From: Candidatus Colwellbacteria bacterium
GTDB lineage: Bacteria > Patescibacteriota > Minisyncoccia > UBA6257 > Colwellbacteraceae
Reading direction: 5' to 3'
NCBI GenBank assembly: GCA_027448785.1
Contig: DAIDMW010000003.1
Location: 1 to 60,029, forward strand
Length of the DNA: 60,029 bases
The stretch's first letter is position 1; each line of letters opens with the position of its first letter. Under the pieces are notes generated by a model. The model saw only the letters and a program-made list of their open reading frames with translations. It was not told where the DNA came from and ran no database searches. Below, piece after piece: positions 10,313 through 18,447 of this stretch. The translations under genes were made by a program, and so were the position numbers.

Positions 10313-10437
10313 AAAATATTTTTTATTATTTTAATGTCCTTGTTTTTAATATTAGCACTAATCTGATCGAAAAATTAGTGGATAAAAGAAAAGCGGAGTA
10401 AGTCATATAGACTCACTCCGCCAAGAGCAGTATAGCC

Positions 10438-10983
10438 TCAGCCTTTCGAGGTTGGGGTTACGTATAACGTAACCCCGGATCCGGTTGCGTTTACTTGGAT
10501 TTGACCGTTTTTCAAGAGCAACCAATAAAGGTCGCCCACCGGCCAATAGGATGTTTGCCCGGAAACGTAAGGCGTTCCGCCGTACGACCCCAGCCAAATC
10601 GGATATACCATCCCGTTATTGATCCGAATGATCCAGTTCTGGCCGGCCACGGCGATCGCGGTCGAGTTGCCGATAGTCATCGACAGCGCAGCGCCGTCTG
10701 AAGACGCGACTGCCGTCCCGCCGTAGAGACCGATAACCTGATTCAACGATTCCGTATCCAGATACAACGTACCACCAACATTCACCAGTGGCGCGTTGAG
10801 CACGAGCTCTTGATGCGCGGGGACTCCGTTGTTCAGCGATATGACGGAAATCGTTGGACTGCCGACATTCATGATTACCGCCGGCTGAATCATGGTCTGC
10901 GCGGGAGAGGCCGCGAACGCGGTTGCCGGCACGAGCAGCAGCACCAAAGAGGACAGCAGAACGACAAAACGGCGAATCTTCAT
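10438..10983 (-). CDS. Secreted protein, possible copper-amine-oxidase N-terminal (stalk)-like domain
   Basis: Start reassigned to ATG 10983 behind AGGAGG; signal peptide MKIRRFVVLLSSLVLLLVPATAFA; hairpin downstream at about 10391-10419. Domain call is by eye. Confidence 0.55.
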   Translation of the reverse strand: MKIRRFVVLLSSLVLLLVPATAFAASPAQTMIQPAVIMNVGSPTISVISLNNGVPAHQELVLNAPLVNVGGTLYLDTESLNQVIGLYGGTAVASSDGAALSMTIGNSTAIAVAGQNWIIRINNGMVYPIWLGSYGGTPYVSGQTSYWPVGDLYWLLLKNGQIQVNATGSGVTLYVTPTSKG

Positions 10984-11121
10984 GGAACACCCTCCTGAGG
11001 AACATAGTTGGCTGGACATGATTATCCAAACCACGAACCTCATCTGAACATTGAAATACAATTCTGTCAATAGAGTCTGAAATTGAAAAGGCCTCGCGTT
11101 GCCGCAAGGCCTATCTCGTGT

Positions 11122-11841
11122 CTATGCTGGTACAAAACCGGTAGGTATGCCGTAGTCGAGATTGGCGCCGGTGTTCCCTTGAAAACTCAACCTTATTCCC
11201 CCATCACGAAAACTGACGGTTGGAACATGATTGAACTTTCGCGGCTCATAAGCCGCTTCGTCTCCGGCGCAGTAGAACCAAAGGTCCTCTCGACACGCCA
11301 AACGTTCGGGAAAAAGGAGAAGTAGAATGACCGTCTCGAAAAGACCGAGGCCGAACTCGCAACGGAACCCCAAGCTTTTTCTGTTTTTCTCCTCCATAAA
11401 TTCGGTCGCCTTGCGCGCCGATATGTCGCGATGGCGATGACCGGATTGGAACGGAAAAATCAGAAAATCGCTTTCGGGTTGCGTGACGGATATCCGCTCG
11501 ACGGCGCGTTTGCTGTACTCGCTCCTCCGCAAATATTCGGGGTCAGCCAATCGGTTGGAGCAACGAATGTTCAACTTCCACTCGCTAACCGCAGACAAAG
11601 CCTCCACAACTCTCGAAATGGAGGCATTGTAGTCTGTAGAAAGCAAGTTCCACTTTGGAACAGCTAAGATCGACTCAGCTTCGCTTAAAACCTCCTCGCT
11701 AAACTTTGGACGCGCAACCTTGGCGTTCTGCAGCTCGGGGAAGATTCTCCGCAGCTCATCAAGCTGCCAATCGATGCCGGAAACAGAGGGCGCGCAAACG
11801 GAAGGAATCGACGCCACAAACCATTCTCCTTTCGGGTGCAA
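11122..11841 (-). CDS. Hypothetical protein, Parcubacteria-type family
   Basis: 239-aa ORF ending at a hairpin (11089-11112); EFGLGLFE, FPERL, CAGDE segments. Confidence 0.7.
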   Translation of the reverse strand: MHPKGEWFVASIPSVCAPSVSGIDWQLDELRRIFPELQNAKVARPKFSEEVLSEAESILAVPKWNLLSTDYNASISRVVEALSAVSEWKLNIRCSNRLADPEYLRRSEYSKRAVERISVTQPESDFLIFPFQSGHRHRDISARKATEFMEEKNRKSLGFRCEFGLGLFETVILLLLFPERLACREDLWFYCAGDEAAYEPRKFNHVPTVSFRDGGIRLSFQGNTGANLDYGIPTGFVPA

Positions 11842-11916
11842 CTGAACCTTCTTTTTAAATTAAAAAACTTGTTTTGTAAATAAACTATCGCCCTGCTTAC
11901 AGTGCGATATTCACTC

Positions 11917-12000
11917 ACAGCCATCCTTCGACGCAGCTCAGGATGTTCCCACCTGTTATTTTTGCATAACCTCGCCGCAAGCGGCGAGGTATTGTGGATG
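11917..12000. repeat. Left copy of 84-bp inverted repeat, containing the CCTCGCCG-CAAG-CGGCGAGG palindrome and a CATCCTTCGAC..GCTCAGGATG unit
   Basis: Reverse complement matches 13696-13835 with 5 mismatches once the extra 28-bp units are collapsed. Confidence 0.9.
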
Positions 12001-12048
12001 AAAATAAAAAAACCGCCTGAGCCGGGTTCGGCTAAGGCGGTTAGACTT

Positions 12049-12513
12049 TCAATAACTGTGGGAGGGGGCTGTTATCCCGGGAATGCGGTAGACGTAAACG
12101 GTCGGATGATCTTCGCCGATCGCCCGTAGAACTTCATTGGTTTCGCACATCCACCTAGAGTCGTAAAAGGTCTTGTCTTCCCAGCGAAAGCACGCCTCCG
12201 CGCGCTGCTTCGAAAAGAAGAGGCCGACGATGGCCGACGTCTGCCCACCGAGATATTTTTTCGTCAGCAGCTCGAAACGGCGCTCGTCAATCTTGGGTCG
12301 GTATGCCGTGATTTGCTCGCCGATGGCGACACAGGTTCCGTTGGGAAGGACTTCCCCAACCGGTATGGAGTCTGGTGTCGTCTTCTCGCAGGCGATTTTC
12401 TTTGCTACAGCGCGGTTGCCCAAATGCCGAACTTGGTAAATTGAGTGCATTGTCACGACAAAAAACATCTGAAGACACTTCGTTCTCGCCGGCTCCTGGG
12501 CGGTTCTGGACAA
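12049..12513 (-). CDS. Hypothetical protein
   Basis: TTG start behind GAGGAGGG; terminator-like hairpin 12006-12042. Confidence 0.7.
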   Translation of the reverse strand: MSRTAQEPARTKCLQMFFVVTMHSIYQVRHLGNRAVAKKIACEKTTPDSIPVGEVLPNGTCVAIGEQITAYRPKIDERRFELLTKKYLGGQTSAIVGLFFSKQRAEACFRWEDKTFYDSRWMCETNEVLRAIGEDHPTVYVYRIPGITAPSHSY

Positions 12514-12630
12514 GCGATCCCCTCCTCTAACTTATTCGGAACGATACGGTACAGGTTATGGGCATTAAGTTATCACATTTTTTGGCCGTGAGGCAAGTGT
12601 TTATAACGCCGAACCCCAAACTTTATAATA

Positions 12631-12661
12631 TTGACAAATAAGTAAACTTATGGTTTATTAT
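12631..12661 (+). promoter_or_regulatory. Sigma70-type promoter
   Basis: TTGACA at 12631-12636, then TGnTTTATTAT 14 nt later. Confidence 0.55.
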
Positions 12662-13098
12662 AGGTGTTGGTCTTCCAGAGGGAGTTGGTTGCCATGCCAG
12701 CCGGCTCCCAAAGGAGGATCCGACGCGACCTGTTCCTCTCAACTAGAGAAAAGAGGAGTGAAAAAAATGAGGCGACATACCTACGGCCTCATCGTCTGAT
12801 ACTACGAGCGGGCTTTTGTGGCGGCAGCGCGCCAACCATCATCAATTCCATTTTTAATGGGGTTGAGCGCAGCTACCGACCGCTGGTTCCATCGTCGCCG
12901 CAGACGCAGCATTTTCATGCGTCATCCGCTACTTCTGCGGCGACCGTCTTTATCCCTCATTTTTTTATTCTCATCACCTCTTTCTCTGTTTGTTCCTTTT
13001 TCCCTTGCGGGGCCAAGAGCATACGCTCTTCGGCTCCGCTTTTCTTTTTAATCTGATATAATTAAGCGAAGGCCGAAAAAACAAAGAATATAAGCGCA

Positions 13099-13254
13099 AT
13101 GAAGTTTGATTGGAAGCAGTGGGCCAATGTTCTACTTGGCTTATTGGTCATAATCTTCGCCTTTACCGGAGGGCACGTTCTAAGATTCGTTATCGTGGGC
13201 GCCATAATCGTCATCCTGGCAGCCTGGGCTGCTTTGGAGAGAAAGAAGTCTTAA
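13099..13254 (+). CDS. Small two-helix membrane protein, 51 aa (SPW-repeat-like)
   Basis: Not in ORF track. MKFDWKQWANVLLGLLVIIFAFTGGHVLRFVIVGAIIVILAAWAALERKKS, followed by a terminator. Confidence 0.7.
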   Translation: MKFDWKQWANVLLGLLVIIFAFTGGHVLRFVIVGAIIVILAAWAALERKKS

Positions 13255-13262
13255 TCTTTTAT

Positions 13263-13298
13263 AAAAACCAGCCTCGCGAAAGCGGGGCTGTTTTTTAT
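13263..13298 (+). terminator. Intrinsic terminator
   Basis: CAGCCTCGC-GAAA-GCGGGGCTG followed by a T tract. Confidence 0.85.
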
Positions 13299-13396
13299 TT
13301 TACGGAGGACTTTGTGTATTTGACGAAATATGAAAATCGTGTAATTTTAAATAACTGCTCTTCTTAGCGCCTGAAGAGCGGTTATCCTCGAGGAGG

Positions 13397-13636
13397 GTGA
13401 TGTCAGTGAGTGAGAAGAACACATTTCTTTGCTGCAGTTGCGGCAAGGCCGAGGTAAGCGAAGGAGGTGTCTGTTCAGCTTGTGGCATTGCCATGCCAAC
13501 CGGAGCCGGATACAGAGATGAGAGTATCCCTCCCGCCAGCATGCGTAATCTGCTGCGACTGAGCGGAGCTGATCCATCCCAACCTCTACGATCTTCTCGC
13601 AGAAACCTGCGTTCGACCCGAGCACACCGCTACTAA
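13397..13636 (+). CDS. Small Cys-rich (zinc-ribbon-like) protein
   Basis: CxxC-x10-CxxC (CSCG...CSAC region), AGGAGG upstream, hairpin ACGGCCGC...GCGGCCGT downstream; exact start uncertain. Confidence 0.55.
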   Translation: MMSVSEKNTFLCCSCGKAEVSEGGVCSACGIAMPTGAGYRDESIPPASMRNLLRLSGADPSQPLRSSRRNLRSTRAHRY

Positions 13637-13695
13637 CCGACGGGCGCTTATCCTATACGGCCGCTTGCTTTACGAGCGGCCGTTTCATTTATTTG

Positions 13696-13835
13696 CATCT
13701 ACAATACCTCGCCGCTTGCGACGAGGTTATGCAAAAATAGCAGGTGGAAACATCCTGAGTCACGTCGAAGGATGGAAACATCCTGAGTCACGTCGAAGGA
13801 TGGAAACATCCTGAGCTGCGTCGAAGGATAGCTGT
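13696..13835. repeat. Right copy of the inverted repeat, with a 28-bp unit triplicated (starts 13747, 13775, 13803)
   Basis: GAAACATCCTGAGTCACGTCGAAGGATG twice plus one variant copy. Confidence 0.9.
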
Positions 13836-14010
13836 AAACAGACGGGAGGTATGAGGGAGCCTTACAAAATTTCCATAGGAAATTTTCTAAAACCACTCGG
13901 TTTTAGTATTTTCTCCATGGGAACGTTCCATTGCCCCCCCGACTCTCTTCGGGTTCGATTCCCCTTAAAGAAACTGCCCTACGCTAAACGCGGGCAGTTT
14001 CTTTTTTAAG

Positions 14011-14082
14011 GGAGGCATGAGGGAATCGAACCCTCGTTGGCAGTGCCACAAACTGCAGTGTTACCGCTACACCAATGCCTCC
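14011..14082 (-). tRNA. tRNA-His(GUG)
   Basis: Cloverleaf, anticodon arm GCAGT-TTGTGGC-ACTGC, G-1:C73. Confidence 0.95.
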
Positions 14083-14200
14083 ATAAATATCGCCTACATA
14101 CTAACCTAAAAGAGCTCTTAAATCAAAAAACTTCACGAAGCTCGACTCCGTGATTTTTTATTTTTTTAATTTTGTGCTTTTAGCTTTTATCTATTATGTG

Positions 14201-14272
14201 TGCCCCCGAGAGGAATCGAACCCCTATTTGGGGATTAGAAGTCCCTCGTTCTATCCATTGAACTACGGGGGC
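14201..14272 (-). tRNA. tRNA-Arg(UCU)
   Basis: GCCCCCG acceptor, loop CTTCTAA, GGTTCGATTCC T arm. Confidence 0.95.
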
Positions 14273-14332
14273 AGGCTACGCTTATCTTAAGAAAAACGGC
14301 CCTCGCTAGCAAGCTAGTGAGGGCCAAAGCCG

Positions 14333-14587
14333 TCAGGCGCGGGCAGGGGTACCGATGATCTTAAACTCGATCTTTTTCTTTTCGGTCCGGAAACCTTGCG
14401 GGTTGCCGGTTGAAATTTCGGTTACGACCTCCGGGCCCATTGATCCATCCTCGTAGACCGGACGATAAATCACCATGCCGCTCCTGGATGACCACTTGAT
14501 ATCGATAACCTTCAAGAGCGCCGCCTCCTGCGATAAATAGTTGGAACAGATACTGGTTCGGTATGCCACAAAATATAATATCTGCAA
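14333..14587 (-). CDS. Hypothetical protein between tRNAs
   Basis: 84-aa ORF followed by hairpin GGCCCTC...GAGGGCC; no recognisable motif. Confidence 0.35.
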   Translation of the reverse strand: MQILYFVAYRTSICSNYLSQEAALLKVIDIKWSSRSGMVIYRPVYEDGSMGPEVVTEISTGNPQGFRTEKKKIEFKIIGTPARA

Positions 14588-14690
14588 TATGTGCCTCTGT
14601 GGGGAAGCTTCCGTTTCCCCGACCTTTTTCCCGTTCGATTCCAGGACAAAAAATAAAATCTCCTGGATTTATCCAGGAGATTTTAATCTG

Positions 14691-14762
14691 TGCCCTCGCG
14701 GGGAATCGAACCTCGATTAGCGCGTTAGGAGTGCGCTGTTCTATCCATTGAACTACGAGGGC
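14691..14762 (-). tRNA. tRNA-Arg(CCU)
   Basis: GCCCTCG acceptor, loop CTCCTAA. Confidence 0.95.
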
Positions 14763-14837
14763 TGGCATGGATAATATACTAAAAAACCGATGATAATTGC
14801 AATTTACCATTGCGCATAGTAAGATTTTTCACAGACA

Positions 14838-14909
14838 GCCGCGGTAGCTCAGTGGTAGAGCGCATCCCTGAAGAGGATGGCGTCGGGGGTCCGATTCCCT
14901 CCCGCGGCA
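14838..14909 (+). tRNA. tRNA-Phe(GAA)
   Basis: CATCC-CTGAAGA-GGATG anticodon arm; T loop reads TCCGATT. Confidence 0.9.
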
Positions 14910-15023
14910 CACTTCGACTCGCTTTGCCTTGGTCTGAGCTAAACGGAAGACTCGCTCAGTGCAGACACCAGACTCCTCGCATTACACTAATAATTAACCT
15001 GTGGTAAATTAAAAAAGTTGATC

Positions 15024-15094
15024 CGGGGTGTCGTATAGTGGTAGTACGCATGCTTTGGGAGCATGTAGTCCCAGTTCGATTCTGGGCACCCCGA
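15024..15094 (+). tRNA. tRNA-Pro(UGG)
   Basis: CGGGGTG acceptor, CATGC-TTTGGGA-GCATG. Confidence 0.95.
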
Positions 15095-15156
15095 CAAAAG
15101 GACTAATAATCTTCAGGACATCGCGCGATAATAAGCGGCGGATGTATAATAAAAAC

Positions 15157-16119
15157 ATGAAGGAAGATATTTTAAATTTTTCTGCGCAATTCTCCTACAA
15201 ACCAAAAATAGAAAACGCCGGCAAACTTCAGACAAGGCGCGAGTTTATTGTCGCCGGAATGGGAGGATCCCATCTGGCTGCCGATCTTTTAAGAACTTGG
15301 CAGCCCGATCTGCCGCTTTTAATCCACAGCGATTACAACCTGCCTAATCTGCCGAAGGGAAAACTAAAGAAATCTCTCGTCATCGCCAACTCCTACTCAG
15401 GCAACACCGAGGAGACGCTCAGCGCGTTCAACGCGGCGCTAAAGGCAAATCTTCCGCTTATCGCCGTCGGCACCGGAGGAAAGCTGATAACCTCCGCGAA
15501 AAAGAACGGAATCCCGTTTATTCAGACTCCGGTGGCACGCGCTGAGCCGCGGGCGGCCATCGGCTACAACTTCGTTGCGCTCCTCAAGGCGATGAACCTG
15601 AGCCGCGACCTCAAAGAGGCCCACGCCCTGGAAAAATCCCTGCGCCCGGAAAAGCTGGAATCTATCGGGAGGAAGATGGCGCAAGAAATCGGCGGGAAAG
15701 CCCTTGTCGCCTATTCTTCCGAACGCAACCGCGCTCTGGCCTACAACTGGAAGATAAACATGAATGAGACCGCGAAATCCCCGGCCTTCGTCAACGTCTT
15801 TCCGGAGCTAAACCACAACGAGATGAACGCCTTCGCTAAAAAAATAAATAAGGGTTCTTCCGATTTTTATTTTCTGATCCTCAAAGGGAAGAATGAACAG
15901 GCGCGCATCGAAAAGCGAATGGCCATCCTGCGCGAAATCCTAAGCCAGAGAAACTGGCCGGTGAAAGAAATGCCGTTCGGCGACTCTGGCGAACTGCAGG
16001 ATATCTTCCATTGTGTCCTGCTCTCGATGTGGACTTCATATTTCGTCGCTGAAAGCCGCGGAGAGGATCCGGATCATACGCCGATAATCGAAGAGTTTAA
16101 AAAGAGGATGGCAGCCTAA
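15157..16119 (+). CDS. Bifunctional phosphoglucose/phosphomannose isomerase (SIS domain)
   Basis: GMGGS, SYSGNTEET, KININETAK-like, PELNHNEM; start reassigned because the track ORF runs through tRNA-Pro. Confidence 0.9.
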   Translation: MKEDILNFSAQFSYKPKIENAGKLQTRREFIVAGMGGSHLAADLLRTWQPDLPLLIHSDYNLPNLPKGKLKKSLVIANSYSGNTEETLSAFNAALKANLPLIAVGTGGKLITSAKKNGIPFIQTPVARAEPRAAIGYNFVALLKAMNLSRDLKEAHALEKSLRPEKLESIGRKMAQEIGGKALVAYSSERNRALAYNWKINMNETAKSPAFVNVFPELNHNEMNAFAKKINKGSSDFYFLILKGKNEQARIEKRMAILREILSQRNWPVKEMPFGDSGELQDIFHCVLLSMWTSYFVAESRGEDPDHTPIIEEFKKRMAA

Positions 16120-16121
16120 AA

Positions 16122-16751
16122 TCAGCTGTTCGTCATCTGGTCGAACTGCTTCATCAAGCTCTGATACTGGGTATTAAGATTATTGATGGATTTCGCCTGA
16201 TCGTTCATCTGCGAGATGACGCTGTTGATCTTCGCGGCTGACGCTGCGGCGGCGCCGTTCTGCAGGCGGCTGCGCAATAGGTCGAGAAGCTGGTAAGTGT
16301 AGTTGTTGTAGCTAATCAGGCCCTCGACGATTTGCGACTCGATGATAATGGCCTGTAGCCCGATCCTCGCCGCGGATTCCGGCTGGACCTGTGAAAGATT
16401 CGAGGCCATAACGTTCAGTTGGTCGGACAACTGCACCGCGCTGGCGCGCGCTTGGTTATTTTGATTTATCTCCTCCAAAACCAAAGTAAGCCCAGCGGTG
16501 TAGTTTCCACTCTTCTCATCGGCCTGTATCTCCTGTAGATTCTTAATAGAGTTGTCGGAAATACCAACGATGACCTGCGATGCGTCCCCACCGGCCGCCC
16601 TGGCCTTCAAAAACTCGGACGGCACGTGCGGCTGGCCGGAACTATTCAAAAGCCTTAACAGAAAAGCCAAAATAAGAGCCGCCACCACGACGGCGACGAT
16701 CCAAACCCAGTTCTTCCTCACAACTCCCAGTCTGGTAATCATTTTGGGCAA
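16122..16751 (-). CDS. Hypothetical membrane-anchored helical protein
   Basis: N-terminal TM followed by Q/N-rich coiled-coil-like sequence. Confidence 0.7.
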   Translation of the reverse strand: MPKMITRLGVVRKNWVWIVAVVVAALILAFLLRLLNSSGQPHVPSEFLKARAAGGDASQVIVGISDNSIKNLQEIQADEKSGNYTAGLTLVLEEINQNNQARASAVQLSDQLNVMASNLSQVQPESAARIGLQAIIIESQIVEGLISYNNYTYQLLDLLRSRLQNGAAAASAAKINSVISQMNDQAKSINNLNTQYQSLMKQFDQMTNS

Positions 16752-16886
16752 TTCTAACCGATTTTTCTTCGACTGTGAAGTTCGGCCTTCATCTGGACTT
16801 TATAACCAGCGGCACCGCTTTTTGATTGGAAAATTATCACCTATAATTTCTTTACGCATCAAAGGTCGCAAAAAAAAATTAAAAAG

Positions 16887-17591
16887 ATGCCTAAAAACAA
16901 GTTCATCATCACGGGAGCGGTTCTGGTCGCCGCTTTCACTGTTTATTTCGGAGTGTCACGAGCAGCGCTCGCCGACGATAGCGGCGGCGATGCTCAGGGG
17001 ACAAGCGCCGTTTCCAATCTGCTGCCAGTCGTCACCACCACCTCATCGGAAGGAGAAAGTTCCAGTCAGTCGAGCAACCTCTACTCCTACGCCAACGCCT
17101 GGCAGAGCCAAGCCAAGAACCTGGAAGATTCTTTTTCCAGCGCCTTCGACAACACGGTGCAATCCGGAATAAAGGCGGAGCAGATGCCTTCAAGCGTCAG
17201 CATCGGCCCCAACGGGCAGATCCGCATGACCGGCGCAAGCCTCACGGCCGTCTCGGGAAACAATGTAACCGTAAACATTTGGGGGTTGACCTTCAACGTT
17301 AACGCTTCCCAGGCGCAGCTCGCCGGCTCCAGCCAGCAGACCATCGCACTCACCGACATGCAAGTCGGCGACAAGCTGACGGTCACCGGAACGATCGACC
17401 CTTCGACCGGAGCGGTTACGGGACAAGTGATCGTCGACTACTCGCTGGCCACCAGGCAGGCTGGCTCAGCTCTGCAGTCTAGAATCAACCAGCTTCTGCA
17501 GCTCATCCAGCAATTGCAAAGCCAGCTGAATCTAATGCAGGGCGGCACCGGAGCCACAACCTCGGCCGCCACTTCGACTGCCGGGCAGTAA
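16887..17591 (+). CDS. Secreted protein with DUF5666-like OB domain
   Basis: Signal peptide, DMQVGDKLTVTG, C-terminal INQLLQLIQQLQSQL; terminator 17610-17638. Confidence 0.65.
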   Translation: MPKNKFIITGAVLVAAFTVYFGVSRAALADDSGGDAQGTSAVSNLLPVVTTTSSEGESSSQSSNLYSYANAWQSQAKNLEDSFSSAFDNTVQSGIKAEQMPSSVSIGPNGQIRMTGASLTAVSGNNVTVNIWGLTFNVNASQAQLAGSSQQTIALTDMQVGDKLTVTGTIDPSTGAVTGQVIVDYSLATRQAGSALQSRINQLLQLIQQLQSQLNLMQGGTGATTSAATSTAGQ

Positions 17592-17699
17592 GAATCCCGC
17601 CAGACTTGGAAAACGCCCCCTCTGCGGGGCGTTTTCTGATGTTGGCAAATCGCGTTTTTTCGCTTAAAATCAATCCTAGTCAGAGTGACAGCTCTGTTA

Positions 17700-17773
17700 G
17701 CGGGATTAGTATAGTGGTAGTACGCCACCTTGCCAAGGTGATGGCGCCAGTTCGATTCTGGTATCCCGCTCCA
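17700..17773 (+). tRNA. tRNA-Gly(GCC), CCA encoded
   Basis: GCGGGAT acceptor, loop TTGCCAA. Confidence 0.95.
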
Positions 17774-17821
17774 CTAAAATAAGACGACCTTTAAGAGTCG
17801 TCTTATTTTGTAGCGGGATAC

Positions 17822-18292
17822 CTATTTTCCCCATCCCTCGCTCATATAAGGCGCGCAGACCAGCGCGCAAACCGGACGGTCTTTACACTTGATGCCTACC
17901 ATTTTGAACTGCACCTCCCCATACTCGTTCTTGCGGTACTGGCGCATATTCTCCAAAGAATCGCGGATCAATCCCTCAACCTCGGACTCCGATCCGCCTT
18001 GGTGCTCGACGAAAAGGCCACGGCCGGTTTTGTCCTGTATCCAGCCCAAGCCGGCCCAAGCCTCTTTCTCCGGCTCAGTCTCGATCCTAGAACTTAAAAC
18101 CGCATAAAGTCGGTGGCCATACTCCGCGGACTGCGGTTCGGCTTTTTTAACTTCCACCACCGCCTCTGGAGGAATAACCGAGCTTAAATGCAGGATGTTG
18201 TAATTAGCAACACCGGCATCGTTTAAAGCGCTGTCGAAAGCGCTTAATTCGGTCGGGCCGCTGCCGATTCCGTAAGTGACTGATATGTTCAT
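17822..18292 (-). CDS. Pyruvoyl-dependent arginine decarboxylase
   Basis: AFDSALNDAGVANYNILHLSSVIP (self-cleavage Ser-Ser), GLFVEH; start set at MNISV. Confidence 0.88.
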   Translation of the reverse strand: MNISVTYGIGSGPTELSAFDSALNDAGVANYNILHLSSVIPPEAVVEVKKAEPQSAEYGHRLYAVLSSRIETEPEKEAWAGLGWIQDKTGRGLFVEHQGGSESEVEGLIRDSLENMRQYRKNEYGEVQFKMVGIKCKDRPVCALVCAPYMSEGWGK

Positions 18293-18372
18293 AAGGATGA
18301 GTTTAACGTCTTGCCGTCTTCTCCGCAATCGGTTGTCAGGAGGTCCTTTGCCCGCTATATTGGTAAGGTACC

Positions 18373-18446
18373 GGGAGCTTAGTTAAGTGGTATAACTGCG
18401 GTCTCCAAAACCGCTGTCGGGGGTTCGATTCCCTCAGCTCCCGCCA
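18373..18446 (+). tRNA. tRNA-Trp(CCA), CCA encoded
   Basis: GCGGT-CTCCAAA-ACCGC anticodon arm. Confidence 0.95.
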
Positions 18447-18447
18447 T

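Noticed and set aside
12767-13051. UGA read-through or genetic code 25
   Set aside because: TGA terminates conserved genes such as folD (7388), tRNA-Trp has the CCA anticodon, and conserved genes show no in-frame TGA.
13747-13830. Mini-CRISPR from the 28-bp repeats
   Set aside because: The units are head-to-tail with no spacers.
13930-13965. tRNA pseudogene fragment on the + strand
   Set aside because: It contains only a T-arm-like string; it is better explained as the inverted trailer of tRNA-His.
14361-15156. ORFs 14361-14810 and 14810-15007, and the 5' extension of 15028-16119
   Set aside because: They overlap tRNA genes.
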